NCBI GenBank assembly: GCA_051362555.1
Contig: CM120641.1
Location: 39,004,401-39,068,400, forward strand
Direction of reading: 5' to 3'
Length of the DNA stretch: 64,000 bases
Origin: Lingula anatina
Taxonomy: Eukaryota; Animalia; Brachiopoda
Under the pieces are notes generated by a model that worked only from the letters and a program-made list of their open reading frames with translations, was not told the DNA's origin and did no database searches. Shown here piece after piece: positions 51,201 to 62,800 of the stretch. How positions within the stretch are numbered: the stretch's first letter is position 1; each line of letters starts with the position of its first letter. The position numbers were made by a program, and so were the translations under genes.

Positions 51201-51988
51201 CCAAGAAACACTTCAATTTTGACAGACAGGTGAGTTAAATGACACATATCACTATTTTGGCAATGTTCAGAATAACCAGATGAAGATTGTAGTTTTTGCA
51301 TCAAAATAATATTTAAAAGAGAGAAGTTTTATGATGTTATTATAATACAAAAATCAACTTCTGGGCTAATAAACTTTTGGCCTAATGAACTTGTAACCTG
51401 TTTTTCCCTCAATTAATCATACTTGTAAAGTTTTAAAGTCATATGTGGCCAATGAGTCTTCGGACTGTTGAGCCCCACCTACACAAAATGCTGCTGCTTA
51501 TCTATATCTGTCTTTTAAGGGCGTTTTCCCAATGAAATTATCATTCTACATAGATTGATCAAACTCTGTGGGGACATGCTGAATGCAATCAGATTTACAG
51601 GCCTTTTCCTGGCTATGAGTAGAATACAGACAGGTTGGTGATAATACAAGTACACTTGAAACAAAGGGAAGCATGTTAATCTGATTGCATTCAGCAAGAG
51701 TCCCTGCGGAGTTGGATTTATCTAAGTGGAACAATCGTTTCATTGTGAATGAGCCCTTAGTTGCATGTTTTTTCAGGCATTATTTTTTAACATAATTAAT
51801 TTGCTATATGGGTACATCACTGCATAAATATTGGATGACATATAAAGGATATTTTGCTAAAATTTTAGGGTAAAGGTCACTACCAGGGTCCCTTTTCACG
51901 CACCTTCCCTGTCACATGTTCTGCTCCTACAAACTGGCTGCGCATGAAGTTAGGCCAGCATCCAAACAGAACTAGCACAGTGAGCTAG
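48242..51988 (+). CDS. Uncharacterised ~242-aa protein, no recognised domain, 6 coding exons
   Basis: Exons 48242-48251, 48666-48717, 49720-49932, 50663-50836, 51070-51229 and 51869-51988 join through GT-AG introns (phases 1,2,2,2,0) into a 729-nt ORF ending in TAG: MLGELIPNRFKGLEAIFSPPRPRPIGLPDIG...LLKLWSDCDVDYNSLRNFILQ...HPAYSKYTLGNQDRFVHLAKYDEPQ...KWTLGAKKHFNFDRQGKGHYQGPFSRTFPVTCSAPTNWLRMKLGQHPNRTSTVS. The last four exons are the best supported; the first two are tentative. Putative non-coding exon ~47990-48097. Confidence 0.72.
49970..50219 (+). mobile_element. Harbinger-type MITE (~250 bp), TAA TSD
   Basis: AGGCTCATTCC...GGAATGGGCCC termini with TAA on both flanks and long imperfect internal inverted arms; related to 51519-51756. 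Confidence 0.7.
51519..51756 (-). mobile_element. Harbinger-type MITE (~240 bp), inverted relative to 49970-50219
   Basis: GGGCGTTTTCCCAATGAAA...TTTCATTGTGAATGAGCCC termini, TAA/TTA flanks. The reverse complement shares GCTCATTC.CAA.GAAAC.ATTGT, TGAATGCAA..AGATTAA and AACATGC.TCC with the 49970 copy. Confidence 0.7.
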
Positions 51989-52794
51989 AGACTTCATTTT
52001 TTTAATCAATTTTAGGGCATATAAATCTGAAAAATGATGTGTCAATTCTTGTGATAATAGATGAACCCCTGTAGAATACCTCTCCATCTTTCACTTAATG
52101 AGTATACTGTACCTTTCAAGATGGGCATATCAGTGTGCTGATGTAATTTTTGCTGTAAAGAGTTTTAAGCCTTACCTGTGTTATCCATATTACATTTGTG
52201 TCATGTTTCCACTGGATGAAGAGAACAGTGATGCTAGCTAGTTGATTTAAGTGGAGAAAAGTGAAAAACAGTCTTCTGCATTCCTAGAAATCTGCATGAT
52301 TTTTACTCTAAGAAGAAGTATGCTTCATTACAAGGCCAATGTAGTTTCAGTATTTGATCAGAACAGCTGTTATGTTACCTTGTTTTTTTTTCCCATATTT
52401 TTCTTTGGGAAGATTTGCTCATTATGTGATATTGATACATATGTATGTACAAAATACCTGCAGATCATGAATTTAGATTGTCAGCAATTATTGGATGTTT
52501 TATAATTTATACCTCGTTTTGCTCTCATTTATAATTTTATATTCACTGTTTATCTAAATTGTTGAAATATTGACATTCATTATTCAGATAGAAAACCCTT
52601 TTAAATCAGTTCAGTGAACAAGTTAAATTGTTTCAAAATGGTGCTTTCAGTGTTACTAAAAAGACGCAAGTAGTTAGGCTACATTTGGTGTATTTGTATA
52701 TTTGTTATTATGAAGTGATGAATTGTTTTTAAGTAACTGTGGTTTCTCAAGTAATAATGATAAGCAAAAATGTATAAATGGAGTTCAGTTTTGT

Positions 52795-52798
<4 letters not shown>

Positions 52799-52855
<57 letters not shown>
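52799..52855. repeat. (TA)n microsatellite
   Basis: Read directly. Confidence 0.95.
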
Positions 52856-52862
<7 letters not shown>

Positions 52863-53496
52863 AACATCTGTACAACATGTGAGTTAATTAACAAAATGAA
52901 TTTTGTTGGTTTACCAAATAATAAAGCTTTTATTAATGCATTATCTACATACGCAGCTCTATAAAATGAATAAACTGAACAAGTAAAATAAACCCTTCAT
53001 TTTTTGTATATCCAGGTTCTTTCTTTATTATTTTTGAATATTAATTTATCAATACAAAAAGAAATAATGTTGATGTTTTCATATAGTAAAAAAAAACAAC
53101 AAAAAAAAAACATGCTTAATTTTTCTGGGATGATAGGCACTTTGCTCCAACTAATTAACCTTGGATCCCCCTTTCCTGATACTCACCAATTATAACCAAG
53201 GAAAATAAATTCCTTAATCCATGCTTTAACTTGAGGTTTTTCAAATTCTACCATTCCTTTGAAGTTGATTCTCACACTGACTTCCAGATTGTGTGATGCA
53301 AAACTGTGGCAAGATGGTCAACAGTTGGTGGGGATTGTCAGGAGATAAAATTTTGAGATTATTTTGACAACATCAGTTCATGCCATTTATCTGGTAAAAA
53401 TGATCAAAATGTATTACTTGTCCTCAGATAAGTTCACCAAGAAGTGGTTTATTTTCTTAGTGTTTGTTTAAAATCTTACACTTTGGCCTCATTTAG

Positions 53497-53647
53497 AATA
53501 GGGGACTAACTAGTCCAAGGGTCAAATATGGCAGGCCCACTTGAATATTTCCCCACGGGATTTCTGTTCGGTGTCTATTAGCAAATTAGATGGCAAGCTT
53601 TGTAGTGGGTTGCCATTTTTGACTCTCATGCTAGTTAGTCCCCTATT
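53497..53647. mobile_element. ~150-bp hairpin MITE
   Basis: AATAGGGGACTAACTAG (53497-53513) is the perfect inverse of CTAGTTAGTCCCCTATT (53631-53647), and pairing continues with mismatches to about 44 bp. Confidence 0.7.
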
Positions 53648-55616
53648 TTTTGTCCCTCTAAGTTGGAAGTGATGACTAATTTAAAATAATTTAAGAGATT
53701 GTTACTTCATATATTTTTCATCCTTTGGTATTAGACAATTGTTATGAAACCAGGAAAATCAATTTATTGAAATTTCCATATCTAAAATTAAGGGAAAACT
53801 TGATGTATACTCCTTGAGTAGAATCATTTGTACCAATGAAGTGAAAGTGATAAGAACGGCCCTATTGCAGTAGTAGAATGTACTGACTGTGTGAGGATGT
53901 GATTGTGTTAGAGACGACTTACATTGTGCTGCACACAGCAACCAAGATTTAAAGAATAGGTTTTCAACTTCACAAAAGGTAAAACAAAATTATGAAAAAT
54001 GTTTTCAAAGTAATTTAATTTGTATACTTTTTCAAGCTTTTCAACGCTAATTCATAAAAGATTAGTCATGAGAAGAGGTTACTCAGCAGTGATAGATTGT
54101 TAACTCAAAACCTGAATTATTTAAAGTGCAAGCAAAACCACAAAAGTACATGTCTGTATGTATATTTGTATCCTGCTGTTATGAAGTCTTTTCAAAAGCT
54201 TTATATAGCTTTTCATGAAGGGAGAAGGGGGGGGGGGACATATATCTTTTGGCTGTTCTCATCCCTCTCTTTAGCTACTGAAAAAAAAAGAAGTAAATAA
54301 AATATTTCTTTTTTTGCTTATTCCTTTTTCTGAGAAGGTAAGAGTACCAAATTAGTCCTCATTTTGAGAAGAGTGAAGGGTGTCATGCAGGTCCCCCTCG
54401 GCACAAAGTGTTACTCTGTGAACTGGGTATTGTTAACATACCTTGAAAGATGGCACAATTTATGTAAGCATGTCTTGGGAAAGCGTGTCTTGTTTGTGAG
54501 TGAATTACAGTTCACCTGTACCATTTCAACCAACCCATAATTACTGAATAAACAGGAGACAGAAGGGACTAATTTATGAAATTACCTGGTGAAAGCATGA
54601 TACATCACATAGATATACTTACTTGAGTTGCCCACCCATGGCACACTGAAGGTAATATGGTGAAACCTAGACAAGCATTTACATTATGGTAGCCTGTGGC
54701 TGAAATAACCACCTGTGCCGTGAGTGGAATACAGAATGCAAGCAACAAAAAGAATCACTGCAATTTCAACAAAAATACATTGGAAAGCTTTGAAAATGAA
54801 GACTTCAATCAGAATAATATTCAAATGGACTTCAAGATCTGCCTAATATTACAAAAGAACCTGTTTCAAAAGGGGTTAAAATGGCATCCTAACAAGCTGA
54901 GCTGTAGATTCAAAAGCCTGTATTAAAAAAAAGTGTTACTCAATAAACACTATTCAAAGTACCATTGCCCAGGGTAGTGAAGGCAACGTTGCACACAAGT
55001 TACGTATGGATACTGAGTCATGCAGACATTTGACAGCCAATTTAAAATTTGAAACAGTGTAGGAGTACAGGAAAGTGACATTACAATTTTTTCGATGACT
55101 TTAAAAAAACTTCCTTCTCGTCACACAGCCACTTACTTTCTACTGCCAAGGCATGCGCTTCCATTGATGAGCCCTCTGTACTAAAGCAACTATTTTATGC
55201 TAGACTGAAAATATTTTCGTTGACATTTTAAAACCTAATACTTTGTACTGGTATGGTGCCTTCTGGTAAATTATAGTTATGATAGTCACAGTGACCTTAC
55301 AAAATTACCAGATGAAACAATAAAATAAAGTATCAGTTTTAAAAAATGTCTTCCAATTAACTTAAAGTAGATGGAAGTGGAAGAAGACAAAATCATAGTT
55401 CAACATCTTTATACACAAGTGTTTAGTTTAAAAACTGGGTTAAAAGGTAAATTGTGTCTCATGGTAGAAGTTGAAAGGTGTATTAGAATTGATGCAATGA
55501 AAATGTAACTTGAAACATTTTATAAGAACAGCATTTAATACAATGTATTAATTCTCTCATCAGGCAACCAGATCAAAGTACCAATGTTACAAGGTAATTG
55601 CTCATTGAATTTGAAT

Positions 55617-55756
55617 GGGGCCCGTAGCAATTGTCCGAATGTTTAATAGTCCAAAGGTTTATTGGTCCGAATGTTCACTATAGCACCTTCGGACCAATGA
55701 GCCCTTGATTACCCATTTTTCGGGCAAATGAACCTTCAGACTATCGAGATGCCCCC
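55617..55756. mobile_element. Small non-autonomous DNA transposon, GG..CC termini, 8-bp TSD (Merlin/hAT-like)
   Basis: GGGGC...GCCCCC ends, repeated inverted (TG)GTCCGAA / TTCGGAC(CA) subterminal motifs, flanks ATTTGAAT / ATTTGAAC. Confidence 0.6.
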
Positions 55757-55973
55757 ATTTGAACTATAGAACAAAATTTTTAAAAAGATATTGGTATAGT
55801 AATGCTGAACCAAGAACCATTTCGAAGCATCTAGTTGTTCATGTCAGAGAGTATGTTCCTGTAAGTAACTGTAAATGATAAATGTAGAAAAAAATGAGTT
55901 TATTAGAAAGAAATAACAAGGTGTTTGAACTTTCTAATTGCTGCAGATGCCTGGGGTATAGTAAGATCTCTAG

Positions 55974-56197
55974 GACTGGGTTCACATAGATTTAGATCGA
56001 TCTATCCAGATCGACCTAACTCCTTGGGGGTTCACGCTAAATTGCTATCAGTTTCCGAGAGCTGAGCACACACAAAAGTTAATTACCCCCTTACAGCTTT
56101 TAGTAGGCGACAGACATTTAAGCCGGTCAGGCTGACAACAATCTAGTGAGACTCCCCACGGGGATAGATCAATCTAAAAATCTATGGGAATGCACTC
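55974..56197 (+). repeat. ~220-bp interspersed repeat monomer with its own imperfect TIRs
   Basis: GACTGGGTTCACATAGATTTAGATCGATCTA ... TAGATCAATCTAAAAATCTATGGGAATGCACTC; shares GGGGGTTCACGCTAAAT, AAAGTTAATTA.CCCCTTACAGCTT and ATCTAGTGAGACTCCCC.CGGGGATAGATC with the 28470 arm. Confidence 0.88.
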
Positions 56198-57907
56198 TAG
56201 GATTACAAAGAGGCCCCACTGTGCCACAAACATTGCGATTCCTGGTATTCTGTCTGCCTGGTCCTGTTTTTTGTTCATACCTGTTTGCAGTAAAACTTGG
56301 CCCCATCAGCCCTATATACCTTATAATAAATATTACCTGTAGGAGAGTGCCCCGGGAAGGGGAGGGGTGTGAAATATATCTGGAAAAGCAATTAACTCCC
56401 ACTCATTAGTCTCATATTCATACACACTTGTTTGCTCCAAACATAACCTGAAGTGGAAATTATATACATGAACTCTTTGTGCTTACAGTTTTATCATTAT
56501 GCATGTATGCTAGATGGATAAGAGAAGTAAAAATAGATTTTATTGTATATTGGGGAACTTGCTGGGGATTGCAGAAATTAAACAGGATGAAAGAGGAGTG
56601 ACCATTTAAATAACTTCAGGTAGGGTAATGACTCAATCTTTTCATTGGGCAAAAATTATCAAACTTTCAGATACATCATTTTAAAACCATAAAAATTATA
56701 TTTTTGTATAGCATTTGTGGTGCTTTTAATGCATAGAAAAGAACAATAAGGTAGTCTGCTTTTCAATTTTGTTGCCACCACTCAATAGGATTGCTCTTAT
56801 TTTAAGAAATTAGGACTTTATCTTTAAAGTATCTTTAAAATTTACAATTTTCCCCCATTGAGAAGATCAAGTCATTACCGTAACTGTTTGTGAAAGAGTG
56901 AAAGGGAGAAAAATATGAAGTGTATATATACACGAAAACAAAGTTTTCAATAAGGTAACAGGTATTTTAAATTCAGTTATGTTTCTGTGTACACAATTTA
57001 ATACAACAGTATCACCAAAGTAAAAAAAAAAGGCACTAAAATTTAAGAAACGTTTAGCTGTGTTCTAATTCAAAATATTAAGAAGTTATTTGCAGAAGTT
57101 ATTGTTACATAATATACTGATCCCAAATTTCACATGAACAAAAAAAAGAAACTTTCATAATTAAACCTCCATAGCACTGGCTGGTGTATTCAGATATCAA
57201 GTGTGCTTTACATTTGTTTTCATCTTGGCTAATAGTTTTTACCTTCTGTTTTGCCATTCAAGGTGAATGAGAAATAAAAACAATCAAGTGCAGCCTACAT
57301 CAAGAAAAACTGTACAAATGAAAGTGATCTTCACAAAATGGTAGAAATAAATTCCAGCAATTATTTGCAGTTGTAGACGTGTGTTGTCCTTAAAGGTTCA
57401 GAAAAGAACATTTCATCATTAAAAAAGTAAAACACCAACCAAAAGACATTTTTAGTAATAATATGTTAATTGTTAATACCACCTTGAGTTGCAAGCAGTA
57501 AAATGCACATAACATGTAATAATCTGATATGATAATATTGTATCTGTCTCAAATTTAAAGTATGGTAGATTTTATGCAACGGGAATCATCTGAGATAGCT
57601 TGAAACGAGGCTGTTGGCACTGCATGATGTCATATGAGACTAAAAAACATGAGATAAGCCAAGAAGTGGGGTTAACCTTAAAACAATAAGGGTGAAACTT
57701 TATATGCCAGTAATGTCATCTTAGTAAATAGTACCAAAGTGACATGCAAAACAGGTGAATTCATACTGTTGTGCATTAGATTCTAATGCTACAGAAGTTA
57801 ATAAAAATTCATAAAAATATCTTTGAATAAATAATGTTAGTTCTTTTTTCCACACCACTCACTGGTCTGCCATTATTTCTGACCCCACTTTCTCAACCAA
57901 AGCCTGT

Positions 57908-58258
57908 GAGTGCATTCCCATAGATTTTTAGATCGATATATCCCCGTGGGGAGTCTCACTAGATTGTTGTCAGCCTGACCGGCTTAAATGTCTGTCCACC
58001 TACTAAAAGCTGTAAGGGGGTAATTAACTTTTGTGAGTGCTTGCCTCTCGAAACCTGACAGCAATTTAGCGTGAACCCCCAAAGAGTTAGGTCGATCCGT
58101 ATAGATCGATCTAAATCTATGGGAACCCAGTCTATGAGACCATTCCCACAGATATTTAGATCTATCTATCCCCCTGGGGAGTCTTACTAAATTGCTGTCA
58201 ACTTGGCTGGCTTAAATGATCCAGATGAATCGATCTAAAACTGTGGGAATGCAGTCTA
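57908..58258 (-). repeat. Inverted copy of the same ~220-bp repeat (57908-58132) plus an internally deleted tandem copy (58141-58258)
   Basis: 57908-58132 is the reverse complement of 55974-56197 at roughly 90% identity by eye. 58141-58258 keeps both termini (CATTCCCACAGAT...GGGAATGCAGTCTA) but lacks the centre. Confidence 0.85.
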
Positions 58259-59863
58259 TGAAATATTGCTCGATTTTGTGGTAGATCAGATGATTTTGGA
58301 TTATCTTGGGAGACTCCCATTGAAATGTTGATAATATTGTATCTGTCTCACATTTAAAGCAACAAGGATCATTTTCAAACCTAGCATTACATAAAGATGC
58401 TATAAAAGTTGTTTGAGGAAATGCTCACTCTAGTTGCTGGTTGCGGGTAGTTTATTTAGTAACAATGAAAGTTCTTAAATAATCCTCATTCATGGAATGA
58501 ATTTTGAAAGTCAGGGTAATGGCGACTTTGGTTCAAGAAAACAGTCATGTGGGAACGTGTTATTGCAATGTTCTCCAATTGTCCCTGTAAACTGAGTAGC
58601 TAATTCACATCAATGGAAAATGATTTCAGAGAAATTCCTCTTAGGGAGGTCAGTGAACAGCACATTATTTCAGAAGCAATCACAAATGAGGCAATGCATA
58701 CTTTATTGAAGCTGAAGTAATGAACATAATGTCTGCGATTTCTTTTTCATCAAAAATTTGTTACTGTGTTACTCTGCCTCTGTCTCTGTGAAAACTTTTA
58801 ATAGGGGAATTTCAATGATGAATAAATCACAGCATCTTTGACATGTGGTGAACATGTAGCAAATGAGCATCTAAATAGTAACAAAAATACTTCAGAACAG
58901 CCTGCTGCATTCTCCACTAGTATAGTGATAATTTACATTATAATGGGCATTTGGACATTGCTTTTTAAGTGCTGTTAATGACAAATTGACAAAATGGTCA
59001 TTTCAGTGTAGCACTGGAATGTAGACAGCATGAGCAAAAAAATTGTTAAAAATTGATCCATTCTGCAACAGAAGAAGAAATATTCTCTGGCCACATAACC
59101 ACACATTTCCATAAATACATACTGTAACTGATAGAATTCTGTAACCTAATGCAGATGACATGTTAATAATGTACATAATGGAAGTGTACTTTATGCCACC
59201 TTGTGGTGAATGAAAACTGAGGCACTTACTTTCTAGTAAAAAAAAGTGATGTATCATTCTTTACTTAGAAATAGCAATGTCTAGGCTGAAATTTATTGCA
59301 AAGTGGTGAAAACGATGCTGAAATGCAATTGAATAGTCTCCATAGCACACCCTCAATATGGCTAACATGAGTAAGTCATTTATAAATAGTGTCTCAACTG
59401 AGATGCATATTTATTCATTATTATTTTTTTACGTTGATTTTCATTCAAGCAACCTGTGACATCACATGCAATCTGGTTTTCCTTCATTTATTTTTTATTA
59501 CTTAGTTTATTTATTTATTTTAATCTATTATTTGATTGGTATGGTGCTGTCGACTGCTTTTTTGATGGAAATAATGTGTTGCAATGTCTGTTTTCTTCAA
59601 ATCTCTGTAAAACCATATCAAAGTTTCATGACGACTGGTTTCGTTCAAGATAGCACATTTCGAAGAATGTACATCAGTAATTGTCCAAAACCACATCACA
59701 ACTTATCCAAGACCATTTGCCCAGGTCTTGATGCATTTTCCTTGCAGTTCTGGTTTTAATCAGGGGCCAGTGTACTTTTAAGTGCAAATATATATCTTGT
59801 AGGTGCAAAGAGATGAGGTGGAAAAGTGAACATCAAGGGAAAGATCATTGTGAGGGCGCGGAT

Positions 59864-59892
59864 GCACACACACACACACACACACACACACA
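59864..59892. repeat. (CA)n microsatellite
   Basis: Read directly. Confidence 0.9.
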
Positions 59893-62800
59893 ATTCTAAA
59901 TTCTAAATTTAACAATCCTCAAACTCTAGACTGAGTAGGAATTGGCAATACCCTTGCCCTCTGTTCACCCGCCCTATCATTGCTATGCAATCAATATATT
60001 GACTTGCCCAGAAAACATCAAATTTCACACTTAAACATGATGAATGGGTATTTTAGCATGGCATTAGTAGCCAGTAGCTGACCTCTTGGGGTAACTTCAT
60101 TGCAGCAGCCACCCATGAAATGGAGTTTGTGGAAATCCTTCAGAAATGGCTTTTTTATGTGGCCTGCCTAAAGAGTGGGGTTCTATAAGTGTGCCACTGA
60201 AATATGCCCAGAATTCCTGATGATGAGTAATTAAAGAATTTTGTGCACCCTCCTTGTTTAGTCATCATCACAAAATGAATTGAACACATAAAAACATACC
60301 AACAGTGTGTCCCATAACATTTTTAAAAAATTTGTTTCACCTAGATTTGTCAGACCATGTCACAGATTCGTGTAGCTTTTTATCTGACTTAGATCTATTT
60401 TTAAAGATAATTTTCTACTGAAAGATAAAAGTCTTAAGGAAGTTTTGAATGATGAATGCAAAAAATAAAAACACATTACTATTAGTGTTCGACACTTTAT
60501 TGTGATCATAGTGTTTTGCACAATATGATGAAATATGTACATTTTCTATGGCAACCAACAGCTATGACTCATCGGTTGAAATTATAGTTTCTCCAGAAAA
60601 AATAAGGCTATAGCACCTGACATCTAACAAGGTCTACATATAATGTTCTCTCCTTTCCAATGCTAGTTAATCCTCAATGTAAGGTAACACTAGGTGATTT
60701 TTATCTGTGCCAAAAATGTCTAAATTGCGCCCTGCTTTCAGGAGTAGTTCCATTTTTTTTTTTGCATTCTAGAAGGCACCAGCCTTCAATACATGGACCA
60801 TGTAACATTCAAAAAGACATCAATAATAAGCAGACAGGTCTGCATACTATGCAGTCAACATGCCTTTAAAGTCTTGACAATATAATAATTGCAAAAACAC
60901 TATTTCTTTCTTAGCATTGTCCTTACACCAGTTATAGTCTCGATGCATGCACGCACGGTCCCTATAAATAAGGGACACACAATATGACACCACATCAAAC
61001 AGGATTCTTTCTACCCACTACTTGGTGAAATGAGACATTCAGAAAGGTATGCTGACAAGTACACAAACTATGAATGTTTTCATGATTCCATTGCAATGTT
61101 AAACATCAGTGAGAGATACAGAGGGGTCAATACTAATCAGTTAAAACATAAAACAGTGTGCCCCCATTTTGCATGTCGTAAACACATCTCCCTTAACTTT
61201 TGGGTTGTTAAATGTTCTGTGAAGGTGAAATCCATTGCACATAACCCTAAACTCGCCATGGGGACCAATGGTCATGTACCAGTCGCACAAACCATCTGAC
61301 CATAACCGTAAACACATTACAACAGCCATTTCAGGTCAGCTTCAAATGATGACACCCTATCCGAAAAACCTACCATTCATTAGAATTGATAGCAATTTGC
61401 ATGGGAATGGATATAATGAAGGTCCATACATTAACCCTGAGTGTCTGAGCACTGACAGTTGGAACTCACATTATACTAACACACTATTGGCTGTTACTTC
61501 ATTTCAAAGCCCAGAAACTCAGGGTGTTGACAATTTGACCTCAAGTTATTTATCCCAAATTTCAATACCACAATAATGTTATTATTCAAAAGTATTACAA
61601 AGACCTTCATTTATGTAACACTGGTTATAGGCATGAGACCACAATTGTTGAAATGGCTATTTGAAAGCACTGGCTTCTTCTCTAACATTATTGATTGAAG
61701 TTTTGTCTAGACAGAAAATCATATGGAATAATTACATTATTGGCAAATCACCTGACCAGTTGATTCTGTAAAAATGTCTGGCAACAGCCACAAAAAACAA
61801 CAGTTGTACAATTCCAATAGCTATCAACAATAAAACACATATCATAATTTTTGGCATTTTTGTCTGACCAAAATTAAGTCTATGGCGTAAAGCTTTTTTT
61901 AAAACTGTACTTTATCATGAATGGTGTGTGATTGCCAACTCATTCTGATGATGTAACATGTCTGGCTGATAAACCTCGAGCAAATATCAAACATTTGTAA
62001 ACGATGCTTTGAAGCAAGATAGCGAAAAAGATCTAGAACACTCCAGATCAAACTCTGTACAGGTATTTTGTCCCACAAATTAGTTTAGAATCACCAACAT
62101 ATTGCTTCCGAAATACATTTAAATGCACGTTTACTAGCCATGACATACAACCCCTGGTGGTGATGCCCCCTTATCAGCAACCATTATCCACTTGTAGGAA
62201 AATTATGGCGGTGAACATCACACAGCAAAGGCGCATGAATAGAACTTCTCTTCCTTTCTTTCTCACACATGCATGTTTGCATGCATGCACTCACAGCTTT
62301 TTTCGAACGCATCGGTATCAATACTTGTTTCAGTCATCAAATGAGTTGGCTACTTGTCTTCTCACTCTACTCCTCTTAAGAAACTCATTGGTGCATGTGC
62401 TAGATGAACACAATCATGATGTTTCATCTTTTTGTATGGTTCCAATTGGCATATGCTGTTGGGCTAGGATATTGTTTCTGTTCTAAATTTCTAAGATATA
62501 AATGTACGATATGCGAATACAATTGGAAAATCATGATGAACTTATTAGGATGTATAAAAATTTAGAAAGATCAACTGCACTTAAATAATGCACTTCTGTT
62601 CACAACCAATATGCAAAAGGAAACTGGGTTAATCAAATTACAAAGCAAAAAAAAAAAAAAAAAAATCTTGCTACACCTACAAATCTAGACTTAATTCTAC
62701 TAGTTTCAAGACTGAATTGCACCTTGGTATTGGCTGCATCAAATTATGAATAAAGGGCCATATCTATACAACAATGCATAATTTTGTTCTCTCAAACTGG

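Noticed and set aside
49950-51743. Two mutually similar short ORFs (49950-50147 + and 51546-51743 -) that look like a peptide family
   Set aside because: The similarity is at DNA level between two inverted MITE copies and does not indicate coding conservation.
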